Assembly: GCA_029856155.1 (NCBI GenBank)
Contig: JAHQWL010000075.1
Coordinates: forward strand, 32,001 to 96,000
Origin: Promethearchaeia archaeon
GTDB lineage: Archaea > Asgardarchaeota > Lokiarchaeia > Sigyniarchaeales > SOKP01
Reading direction: 5' to 3'
Length of the DNA stretch: 64,000 nt
The position numbers and the translations under genes were made by a program. The notes under the pieces are model-generated. The model had not been told where the DNA came from. It was given only the letters and a program-made list of their open reading frames with translations, and did no database searches. Positions 49,214 through 58,455 of the stretch are shown one piece after another. Every line of letters begins with the position of its first letter. The stretch's first letter is position 1.

Positions 49214-50224
49214 ATAATTTCAAAAAATGAACAAAATTCAGTTGAAAAACATAATTTTAATGAATGGACTATAAAAGATTTAAGGGAATTTGCATCGAAA
49301 AACAACATTAAAATTCCTTCTAAATCTAAAAAAAAGGATATTGTTGAATTACTACAAAATATAACATCTAATCCCGATTTCGTTGATCGATCCCTAGAAG
49401 AAGAAATGGAAGAACCTGAAATAGAATTAGTTGCTGAGTTTGATGATGATGAGGATCTTGCATTATTGAGAAAAGAGAAAGCTGAATTAAAATTTTGGCA
49501 AAAACCACCCTTTTCAAGTCTTTTAGATACAGAATTAGCAAAAGAATCCGACATTGCATTTTATGATTTATCAAAATTAGTAGATACTTTTTTTGATAAT
49601 ATGCTACATGAAGAATTGATTAATTATAAGATTTCTGGAATTGCGCTTAAAACGTCGGCATCTTTACATCATTACAAAATCTCAAGTATAATAAAAGAAG
49701 AAGAACAAATTCAGAAAAGAGAAGAACTAGAAAAATTCAGACAAAGTCATTCTAGAACAATCCCAAAAGCATTACCTCAGCCAATTTCCCCTAAAATGCA
49801 AATTGCTACCAAAGATGAACTATTTGATGCTATGCGATCAGCTATTATTGAAGTTATGCAGAATAAAGAAAAGTTAAAAAGAAGAAGAATGCGAAGAGAA
49901 GAGCTTAAAGATCAGAAGATCCAAATGAAGTCTAAAGCACAATTACCCAAAGAACTCTTAAAACATATTAGTGGAAAGGAGCAAACAGTTGAAGAATTGC
50001 ATGAATCATGGTACAATCGAATAAAAGCTACCATCAATTTAAACAATAAAGAGACTAATATTTATGATTTAATGAATATTATTAAAAATGAAGAAAAAAG
50101 TAGTATAGGGCGGAAATTTTCATTAGTACGTATGTTTTTAGCTTTAATGTTTTTATCTACTGGAAGTAAGTTATACTTATCTCAAGAGGAAGATTTCCAA
50201 AATATTTCAGTAGATATTGGTTAA
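49214..50224 (+). CDS. scpA: ScpA-like kleisin with N-terminal HEH/SAP-like extension (probable ATA/ATT start)
   Basis: Between smc and scpB; YDLSKLVDTF, ISGIAL..SA.L..YK, C-terminal FLALMFL...LYLSQEEDFQNI; in-frame upstream extension after GAGGT. Confidence 0.8.
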   Translation: MISKNEQNSVEKHNFNEWTIKDLREFASKNNIKIPSKSKKKDIVELLQNITSNPDFVDRSLEEEMEEPEIELVAEFDDDEDLALLRKEKAELKFWQKPPFSSLLDTELAKESDIAFYDLSKLVDTFFDNMLHEELINYKISGIALKTSASLHHYKISSIIKEEEQIQKREELEKFRQSHSRTIPKALPQPISPKMQIATKDELFDAMRSAIIEVMQNKEKLKRRRMRREELKDQKIQMKSKAQLPKELLKHISGKEQTVEELHESWYNRIKATINLNNKETNIYDLMNIIKNEEKSSIGRKFSLVRMFLALMFLSTGSKLYLSQEEDFQNISVDIG

Positions 50225-50264
50225 AAATAACTATATTAAAAATTATTACCAGAAGTGATGTGAA

Positions 50265-51218
50265 TTGGAAGAAGAACAGAATGGAGAACCAAATGAGGAA
50301 ATAGAAAATAATCATGCTAACACTTTTGATGAAGAAAATATAGAAGAATTTGAAGAAGAAATTACAGATTTAGAAAATGTGTCTGAAGAAGAGTCTATAC
50401 AAAGAGATTCAAATGATTCAATAGAAGAAATTGGAGATAATGTCATTGAAGAACAAGAAATAGAATCAGAAGATATTGAGAAAACAGAATTAACTGAAGA
50501 ATATGATAACGAACCAGAAAATCTTCTAATAGAAGAATCTATGGATACGCAAATTGTTGAAGATGGAAAAATTATAGAAGATGATATGTCAGAAAGTACC
50601 ATAGTTGATGAAAAAGCATTAGAACTTGATGAAAAAGCTCTTCGTCGAAATTTCATTGAGGCCGCTTTTTTTGCCGCTGGAGGTCCTTTAACAATAGAAG
50701 AGTTATCAAATAAATTAGAATTTTCAAAAAAGGAAGTAGAAAATTTAGTAAATGAATTAGCCTTTGATTATTTAGAGCGTACTACGTCACTAATAATAGC
50801 ACAAATTGGAGATAGATATCAAATGCAAATTAGACCAGAATACACAGAAAAGGTATCCAAATTTGCAAAAGGGGGGGCAATAGCAGAGAGGTATTTAAGA
50901 ACTTTGACGATTGTTGCTCTAAAGCAACCAATCTTAAAATCAATGGTGATAAAATTAAGGGGTAGCGGAGCATATGAGCATGTGAAATACCTTTTAGACA
51001 ACGACTTCATAAAAGCCGTAAAAAAAGGAAGATCTCACGAACTATCAACTACTGATAAGTATGCTGAAATGTTCGGATTGCCAAAAGATATAAGATTGCT
51101 GAAACAAGCTATGATTACTCAATTAGGACTTGAAGAAGGAGGAAAAAGTGAGCCTTCAGGTGAAATTGAGAACGCGGATCAAGGTGAACCTTTGAGTGAA
51201 AGTGAAGAAGAAGAATAA
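50265..51218 (+). CDS. scpB: ScpB (kite) with long acidic N-terminal extension
   Basis: IEAAFFAAGGPL, LRTLTIVALKQPI, LRG, TTDKYAEMFGL. Confidence 0.92.
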   Translation: MEEEQNGEPNEEIENNHANTFDEENIEEFEEEITDLENVSEEESIQRDSNDSIEEIGDNVIEEQEIESEDIEKTELTEEYDNEPENLLIEESMDTQIVEDGKIIEDDMSESTIVDEKALELDEKALRRNFIEAAFFAAGGPLTIEELSNKLEFSKKEVENLVNELAFDYLERTTSLIIAQIGDRYQMQIRPEYTEKVSKFAKGGAIAERYLRTLTIVALKQPILKSMVIKLRGSGAYEHVKYLLDNDFIKAVKKGRSHELSTTDKYAEMFGLPKDIRLLKQAMITQLGLEEGGKSEPSGEIENADQGEPLSESEEEE

Positions 51219-51233
51219 ATTTAGAAAATCTTT

Positions 51234-53834
51234 TTATTTAAAGTAATAAACTGTAATATTCAGATCTTCAACATATTCTATTAAATCTGGCTTCTTTTTA
51301 ATTGATTCTTCTAATGATTTCCCAATTACCTCTAAATTGTTTATTCTGATAGTATTTTTTATATCTTCTTTTAGGATCTCAATATTTTTATGTTGATCTG
51401 TTTCTGTTATTAAAATTATTTTCTCAACACTCTCATTCAAAGGTATTTGAAGTTTTGATTTTAACATCCTTAGAAATTTTATGATTTCAATACCTAATTT
51501 ACCTTGTTCAGCTAATGCTTCAGATATATGATCATAAGGTTCTGGCCAATTTTCTAAGTTTATGGACTCTAAGTCCTTAAATTGTTTATATAGAATAAAA
51601 TATATTTCTTCTGAAATGAAAGGCATTATAACTGAAGAAATAGTTAATAATTTGTAAAAAAGGTTTAAAGCATTCTTTAATGAGGTTTCTCTTGTTCTTT
51701 GATCTTCAACATAAAACTTATACTTTATAGCTTCAATATAATTATCGCAGATGTCATTCCAAAAGAATGTACGAAGAATCATCATAGCTCCATGCCAATT
51801 ATACCCATCAAAAAGATTTGTGATTAGATTTAAATTCTTATTAAATTCTGAAAAGAAAAAGCTATCTATACTCGATAAAGCCTTAGGATCTATTTTAATA
51901 TCACTTAATTTTATCTTAGTTAAATTCAAATATAAAAATCTATATGCATTCCAAATTTTAGTTAAAAATCTCGAAGCTCCAATTAATTGTTCAAACCTCC
52001 TGCGATATTTTTTGTTAAATTTATCTTCTGGAAGTTTTTCCCTTTCCTTCAGAATAATTTCATTTGATACGGGCTGTTTGTTTTGTAGATTTATCCAAGT
52101 GAATTCAAAGGGATAATCATCTCCAAGTGTTCCCATTGCAGTCCAGTATCTTATTGAATCAGCACCAAATTCGGGCATAACTTCCTCTGGTGCAATATAG
52201 TTTCCCAGACTCTTTGACATGTGCCTTCCATCTGGACCAGCAACCATCCCGTTAATCATTGCTTCATAAAAAGGAGCTTTTCCAGTTAAAATCTTACATC
52301 GAAATAAGGTGTAAAATAACCAAGTTCGGATAATTTCATAACCCTGTGGACGATGAACTTTTGCATTCATATAAGCTCTTCTAAAGAATTCAGCATCTTC
52401 AGTCCATTTTGATATTTCTAAAGGTGTAAGACTTGAATCAATCCAACAATCACAGACATCTTTTTCGCCTATAATATTCTTACTTTTGCATTTTGGACAC
52501 TGTTTAATTGGTGGTGAAATTTTCACAGGATTTAATGGTAAATCGTCTCTTTTAGGTGGTATTATCTCACCACAATCGCTGCAGTACCAAAACGGGATAG
52601 GTGTACCAAAAAAACGCTGACGTGAGATCACCCAATTCCAATCTAAACCTTTTGCCCAATCTATTAATCTTTGTTTTTGTTTTTCTGGATACCATTTCAT
52701 TATTTCTCCAGATTCAATAATTTCACTAGTGAATTCCTTTACATTAATAAACCACTGATATACGGGTAAATATTCTATAGGTTTCCGACAAGATGATCGT
52801 TCTGAATGGACAATGATACTATGTTCATAATCTTCAATTTTTTCGATTAATCCCAATTTATCAAGATCTTTAACAATTTGTTCTCTTGCACCCATAATTG
52901 TTAAACCTTGATATTTAGAATTTTCATTCATATGACCATCTTCAGTAAAAATTTGGATCTCATCCAGATTATATTCAAGCTTCCACTTAATATCCATTTC
53001 ATCACCATAAGTACAAACATAAACAACACCAGTACCAAAATTCATATCAACGGTGTTATCCATATAAACTCGAACAGCACGGTTTGTAAATGGAATTTCT
53101 ATTTCAGAAGCAGAAATATCATAATAACGATCATCATTTGGATGAACCATAACAGCGACACAAGCTTCCATGTATTCAGGTCGCGTAGTAGCTATCGTAA
53201 TAAATTCATTTTCTCTCCCAATAATTGGCAATTTTATGTACCATAATTTTCCTAACTCATCTTGATAACCTACTTCTGCTTTTGCCACAGAAGTTTCACA
53301 ATTCACACAGAAATGAGTTGGAAATTTATCTCTATAAAGCATACCTTTTTCATAAAAATCTAAAAGTGAAATTTGGACTTTGCGTTTATAATCGTCATTC
53401 ATAGTCCGATATGTATAATCCCAATCTGTAGAATATCCTAACTCATCCAATTGTTTTGTCATATTTTTAATATTGTTTTCTACCCATTCTCTACATTTTT
53501 CTAAAAAGTTTGCTCGATCATCTTTAGTTACACCATAATTTTTAGTTACTGCTAACTCGACAGGTAATCCATGACAATCCCATCCTTGAGGAAAAAATAC
53601 ATTTTCTCCTTTCATTCGATGATACCTTGCTACAAAATCTATCCAAGCATAATTTAGATATTGTCCTATGTGTAGAACTCCACTAACAAATGGAGGTGGT
53701 GTATCAATAGTAAAAATTTCATCCATTCGATTCTCATCAAAAGCATATATCTTCTTGTTTTCCCAATATTTTATCCATTTCTCTTGAACTCTTTTAAAAT
53801 TAAACCTTTTTGGATATGTTGTTTCTTGTGCCAT
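51234..53834 (-). CDS. valS: valine--tRNA ligase (archaeal type)
   Basis: IDTPPPFVSG.LHIGQ, GWDCHGLP, ATTRPE, WVISRQR, RPQGYEIIRTW, HMSKS. Confidence 0.96.
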   Translation of the reverse strand: MAQETTYPKRFNFKRVQEKWIKYWENKKIYAFDENRMDEIFTIDTPPPFVSGVLHIGQYLNYAWIDFVARYHRMKGENVFFPQGWDCHGLPVELAVTKNYGVTKDDRANFLEKCREWVENNIKNMTKQLDELGYSTDWDYTYRTMNDDYKRKVQISLLDFYEKGMLYRDKFPTHFCVNCETSVAKAEVGYQDELGKLWYIKLPIIGRENEFITIATTRPEYMEACVAVMVHPNDDRYYDISASEIEIPFTNRAVRVYMDNTVDMNFGTGVVYVCTYGDEMDIKWKLEYNLDEIQIFTEDGHMNENSKYQGLTIMGAREQIVKDLDKLGLIEKIEDYEHSIIVHSERSSCRKPIEYLPVYQWFINVKEFTSEIIESGEIMKWYPEKQKQRLIDWAKGLDWNWVISRQRFFGTPIPFWYCSDCGEIIPPKRDDLPLNPVKISPPIKQCPKCKSKNIIGEKDVCDCWIDSSLTPLEISKWTEDAEFFRRAYMNAKVHRPQGYEIIRTWLFYTLFRCKILTGKAPFYEAMINGMVAGPDGRHMSKSLGNYIAPEEVMPEFGADSIRYWTAMGTLGDDYPFEFTWINLQNKQPVSNEIILKEREKLPEDKFNKKYRRRFEQLIGASRFLTKIWNAYRFLYLNLTKIKLSDIKIDPKALSSIDSFFFSEFNKNLNLITNLFDGYNWHGAMMILRTFFWNDICDNYIEAIKYKFYVEDQRTRETSLKNALNLFYKLLTISSVIMPFISEEIYFILYKQFKDLESINLENWPEPYDHISEALAEQGKLGIEIIKFLRMLKSKLQIPLNESVEKIILITETDQHKNIEILKEDIKNTIRINNLEVIGKSLEESIKKKPDLIEYVEDLNITVYYFK

Positions 53835-53954
53835 TTTGAACTCTAATTAGAAGGTTAATTAATATAAAAATGTATAATACTTGATAACTTTATAAGATTT
53901 GTTCAATTCATGGTATTCAATGTAGCTTTCTTTATGGTATAATTTAAAAATTTT

Positions 53955-53972
53955 AATGGACCTGATGGGAAT
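53955..53972 (-). repeat. att-like direct repeat of the tRNA-Ala 3' end
   Basis: AATGGACCTGATGGGAAT versus AATGGACCTGACGGGAAT at 54779-54796 (17/18 identical). Confidence 0.8.
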
Positions 53973-54016
53973 CGTCTAAAAGTGATATCGCGAAATTATA
54001 TTTTTTCCATTAAATT

Positions 54017-54628
54017 TTAACTTTTAATCCTTCGACCAATATATCTAAATACTTTTCTTTTATATTCAATATAATCCTTTCCAAAGCATTGTTCTAATTC
54101 TTTTTCTTCTAACCTAATTCTATAATGAAAATTAATAATGAATATAATAATAGATAGGAATGTTATCCATGTTGGAATTATTAAACTGAATCCTATTGTT
54201 AAAATGTGCAATCCAAGATAAATAGGGTTTCTTGATATTGCATATATTCCTCTTGTTTTTAATGCAGATGAGTTAGATTTATCTGCTGAACCTATTATTG
54301 AATTTAGATTAAAATATGCGATTAGAAATATAATGGTTCCAATTAAAACAAAAATATCTCCTATATATTTTAAAAGGTCTATATTTAGCATTTCTATTGG
54401 TAAAAAAAGATTAAATGCTAAAATAGGATTGAAAATATAAATTAATGTTAAAAAGCATATATAAATATATCCTAAAATACAAATTACTATTAATGGATAA
54501 ATCCATTGAGGAATCTCAGGAAAATTAACTGCTCTTTCAATCTTATGTGATAATTTTCTATAAATTATATGGAATAAAACGATAATTATTATTATCCAAA
54601 AAATAATCAATGATATTTTAGTCAACAT
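54017..54628 (-). CDS. isoprenylcysteine carboxyl methyltransferase (ICMT/PEMT) family membrane protein
   Basis: LKTRGIYAISRNPIYLG, EEKEL...FG..Y.EY. Confidence 0.88.
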   Translation of the reverse strand: MLTKISLIIFWIIIIIVLFHIIYRKLSHKIERAVNFPEIPQWIYPLIVICILGYIYICFLTLIYIFNPILAFNLFLPIEMLNIDLLKYIGDIFVLIGTIIFLIAYFNLNSIIGSADKSNSSALKTRGIYAISRNPIYLGLHILTIGFSLIIPTWITFLSIIIFIINFHYRIRLEEKELEQCFGKDYIEYKRKVFRYIGRRIKS

Positions 54629-54780
54629 ATTAAAAAACAGAATTTGTTTTAACTAAATTTTATTTTTAGTATGTTTTTAATTTTACTAGAATGATTAATT
54701 TTAACTAAATTGCTAATAAATTTATTACTAACTGGATGCATGTGTTATTTAAAATCCTTTTAAGATGTTTAATAGTAGAA

Positions 54781-54881
54781 TGGACCTGACGGGAATTGAA
54801 CCCGTGACCTCTTGAATGCGAATCTTGTAATTAAGCCTTTCACTTAATTTATCAAGCGATCTTCCACTGATCTACAGGCCC
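54781..54881 (-). tRNA. tRNA-Ala(CGC) with 29-nt intron at 32/33 (54822-54850)
   Basis: Acceptor GGGCCTG/CAGGTCC; GATC D stem; CTTGA/TCAAG anticodon stem with loop TTCGCAT after splicing; ACGGG-TTCAATT-CCCGT. Confidence 0.93.
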
Positions 54882-54968
54882 AACTATAATGATTATATAA
54901 TTATATTGCAAAAATCAGAATGACTAAAATTTTTTATTATTTTTCTTAGATTTTTAAAAAAAATAAGA

Positions 54969-57347
54969 TTAATACTCAGTTCTGGCAATAATTTCATCTT
55001 GAGCGTTTTTTGATAATTCTGTAAAATATACAGAATATCCAGCGACTCTTACAACTAACCCTCTATAATTATCAGGATTTAGTTGAGCATCACATAGAGC
55101 TTCCTTTCCCACAACATTGAATTGTACTTGATAACCCCCTTCGGGTTGAAAAAAAGTTCTAAGAAGCGGATTTAAGATTTCTGTATTTAATGTATTTGGA
55201 TGAAAAGCTAAAATTAATGAATTACCATTGGTCATTAACTCATTATTGAGTTTTTTAATTGAATTGAGAATGGCTGTTGGACCCTTTTTATCCATACCAC
55301 TTGTTGGACTTAGACCATTTGAAAGAGGTTCTGTTTTTCTTCTACCATCCGCTGATGCTCCTGTGAAAACGCCAAATGCTAAATGAAATGTTGTGGAATA
55401 AATTCCGGGATTAAATATTCCGCCTCTATAATTTGAATGTTTTGAAATTTCTTCGCAATAAAATTTTGCGACCTCTACCGCAATCTGATCAACATAATCG
55501 TCATCATTTCCGAATTTCGGTACCTTATTAACGAAAAATTCTCGCCATTCCGTTCCTTTTTTTCCTTGATAAATACCTCTAAAATTCTTTGCAAGCATTT
55601 GAACTAAATCTTCAAATGATATGATTTTATCTTCAAAAACGGTTTTCTTAATTACAGCAAGACTGTCTGCAACTGTGGCTAAACCAATTAATTGTGGTCC
55701 TGTAAAATTATAAATCGCACCACCTTTAGTTATATCAAGACCACGCTCTAAACAATCATCTATTGTTGTAGATAAAAATGGTTGCGGCGTAAGTTCAGCA
55801 ATTGCTTTATCAAGAAAATACATGGTTTTTACCATGTAATCAATGAAAAATTTCACTTGATTCTTAAAAATATTCCAAAGATCTTCATATGAATTAATCT
55901 CTCTATTATTTTTAAATCCATAATCTTTCCTAGTCAACATATCGACTCCATTATTCAATGCTAACTCTAAACATTTCACTACATTAAATTGGTTAGCATT
56001 TGTTGATCCAAATGATTTATATGGATGTTGAGGCTCAACACATCCGATTGGTGCATATTCTCGAGCATCTTCTAGAGTAAAACCTCGATTAATAAGACCG
56101 GGGATCATTACTTGGTCATTGAATAAAGCAATACTGGTACCACTTTTTATAGATTCCCCAACTCTCAATATAAAATCATCTGAGGTTTCTTTATGAATTC
56201 TAACACAAAATGTTGGCTGGACAGTTTTTATATGAGTATATGCATCCAAAATCATCAAAGATAATTCATTTGTAGCATCTTTTCCTTCACGATCTAATCC
56301 CCCAATTACTAAATTTTCAGCAATAGGAGGGCCTTCAACAGCTACTACCCCTTTTGAAATAACATAGTTCCATAAGGTAGAAATTTTAATGAAAAAGCAT
56401 TCAATTAGAAATTGAGCTTTTTCTCGTGTAATATTTCCCTCTTTTATATCTTTTAAATAATAGGGATATAGGTACTGATCTAAGCGACCTATTGAAATGG
56501 CAAAACCACCATCTTCTAAACCACATATTAGATGAGTAAAATAAATTAATTGTATCGCTTCTTCAAAATTATTAGGTCTATTTTGAGAGATATTATTACA
56601 AATTTTAGATATATTGTAGAGTTCTTCTTGACGTTCAGGATTCTGTTCATTCTTAGCCATTTCTCTTGCTAAGACTGAAAATCTCTGCATAAATTTCTTA
56701 GCTGCATCTAATAAAATGATTACTGATTCAAAAAAAGTCTTTTTATTGTTATCATTAGAAAATTTTTTTAAATTCTTCCTAGTTTTATGAATTAAACCAT
56801 TTATACCATTTTTTAAAACATTTTCATGACCTGGAAAAAAATGACCAATTCCACTCGAGAGTTCTACATCTACAGCAAAAACGAGTTTTTCCATAATATC
56901 TCTTAAATCTGAGTCTAGATATGATTGAAACCGCTCCTGCACAGTAATTTCCTCATCTTTCCAATAAGGAATTATTACTTCTTTTATATTTTGTCTCTCT
57001 TCATTTGTTAAGTAAAGTTTCTGGACAGGACGAGTATCATAATTATCAATATCCTGATTTATTGTATCTATTCGAGCTTCGGGATACAATGGAGTTCCTA
57101 CAAATTTAGTACATCTATTACCAATTATATATTCCTCATTCCATATTTTTAATGTCATATTTATCAAATAATAGTCCATGGCTTTCGCGAATCTAATAAT
57201 CGGGTTTTCTCCTTTTGTTTTTTTATAAGATTCTGTAAATAATTTAGCTCGTTCGACACAAATTTCATGTGGTGCCTTTACAAGTTTGTTTTTCATTCTT
57301 AACGTACGTTCATTATAGCTTGAAATGGTAATATGTTCCAATTGCAT
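54969..57347 (-). CDS. glycyl radical enzyme (PFL-like family)
   Basis: SIGRLDQYLYPYY, GCVEP catalytic loop, PKFGNDD, RVAGYS glycyl loop. Confidence 0.93.
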   Translation of the reverse strand: MQLEHITISSYNERTLRMKNKLVKAPHEICVERAKLFTESYKKTKGENPIIRFAKAMDYYLINMTLKIWNEEYIIGNRCTKFVGTPLYPEARIDTINQDIDNYDTRPVQKLYLTNEERQNIKEVIIPYWKDEEITVQERFQSYLDSDLRDIMEKLVFAVDVELSSGIGHFFPGHENVLKNGINGLIHKTRKNLKKFSNDNNKKTFFESVIILLDAAKKFMQRFSVLAREMAKNEQNPERQEELYNISKICNNISQNRPNNFEEAIQLIYFTHLICGLEDGGFAISIGRLDQYLYPYYLKDIKEGNITREKAQFLIECFFIKISTLWNYVISKGVVAVEGPPIAENLVIGGLDREGKDATNELSLMILDAYTHIKTVQPTFCVRIHKETSDDFILRVGESIKSGTSIALFNDQVMIPGLINRGFTLEDAREYAPIGCVEPQHPYKSFGSTNANQFNVVKCLELALNNGVDMLTRKDYGFKNNREINSYEDLWNIFKNQVKFFIDYMVKTMYFLDKAIAELTPQPFLSTTIDDCLERGLDITKGGAIYNFTGPQLIGLATVADSLAVIKKTVFEDKIISFEDLVQMLAKNFRGIYQGKKGTEWREFFVNKVPKFGNDDDYVDQIAVEVAKFYCEEISKHSNYRGGIFNPGIYSTTFHLAFGVFTGASADGRRKTEPLSNGLSPTSGMDKKGPTAILNSIKKLNNELMTNGNSLILAFHPNTLNTEILNPLLRTFFQPEGGYQVQFNVVGKEALCDAQLNPDNYRGLVVRVAGYSVYFTELSKNAQDEIIARTEY

Positions 57348-57457
57348 TTGTATCCCAAAATATTATGAATCATTCATTTTAATTAAAAATATAATTGCTA
57401 TGTTTAATAAACGTTTTTATTATATTTTTTTAAAAGATTCTGGGGAATTTCTAAGAT

Positions 57458-58294
57458 TTAAATAAATTTCATCAAATGATTCTTAGTTTCGGGAGAAAAC
57501 AATAAACCCGCTTTCTTTTTGTTATTAAATCTTTTGATAGCTACATCTAAATATTCTTTCTTTAAGTCAATTCCAATGAAATTTCGGTTTAAAATACTAC
57601 ATACAATTCCAGTAGTTCCAGACCCCATAAATGGATCTAATACCCAATCACCCTCATTTGAAGAAGATGAAATTATTCTATTTAATAATTCCAGTGGTTT
57701 TTGAGTTGGGTGTTTACCGAATTCTTTTTCATCCTTTGATATTAAAGGAATTGACCAAACACTTCTCATTTGTTTATCTTTATTCTTCAATTTATCTTTA
57801 GGATTATTCCATGCCTTCATTTTTTCATAATTAAATGTATGGTTTGAATTTTTAGATTTGCGAGCCCATAATACTATTTCATGGCTATGTGTAAAGTATT
57901 TACATGATAAATTAGGTGGAGCATTTGGTTTATACATAACAACATCATTAATAATATCATAACCATTGTTCTCTAATAGATAACCCACTTTATAGATAAT
58001 ATGTAACGTTCCAGAAACCCATAAACTACCATTATTTTTTAAAAGTCTTCTACAAGCTTTTAACCAAGAATCTATAAAATTAATATCCTCGTCGAAACCT
58101 TTTGATTTATCCCATTCTCCTTTATTAACCGATACCATCCTGCCCGATTTACACGTAATCCCATCATTTGATAAGAAATAAGGTGGATCAGCAAAAATTA
58201 AATCAAAACTTCTATCTTCAAATTGATTTAGTATATCTAAAGTGTCTCCATGGTACAAAATGAAATTATTCTCTTCAAAATAAGGTTTTATCAT
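57458..58294 (-). CDS. beta-class N6-adenine DNA methyltransferase, DpnA/M.MboIB-like, orphan
   Basis: ADPPYFLSNDG...VSVNKGEWD, HPTQKP, LDPFMGSGTT. Confidence 0.88.
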   Translation of the reverse strand: MIKPYFEENNFILYHGDTLDILNQFEDRSFDLIFADPPYFLSNDGITCKSGRMVSVNKGEWDKSKGFDEDINFIDSWLKACRRLLKNNGSLWVSGTLHIIYKVGYLLENNGYDIINDVVMYKPNAPPNLSCKYFTHSHEIVLWARKSKNSNHTFNYEKMKAWNNPKDKLKNKDKQMRSVWSIPLISKDEKEFGKHPTQKPLELLNRIISSSSNEGDWVLDPFMGSGTTGIVCSILNRNFIGIDLKKEYLDVAIKRFNNKKKAGLLFSPETKNHLMKFI

Positions 58295-58455
58295 ATTTGG
58301 GTAAATTCATCTTAGAAGTTATGAAAAATTCAATAAAATAGGTTAAGAGAATATAATATCTTTTAATTATTAACTTTAAAGTTTAATATTAACAAACAAT
58401 TAATATTCATGTAAGAAAATCGTTAATTTATTCAAAATGCATTCGAGTTTTAAAC

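Noticed and set aside
44742-50656. Antisense ORFs within smc/scpAB (e.g. 45246-45602, 46623-47048, 49150-49554, 50312-50656) and similar shadow ORFs across the window
   Set aside because: Ser/Phe/Ile-rich mirror translations of Glu/Lys-rich sense genes, with no independent signals.
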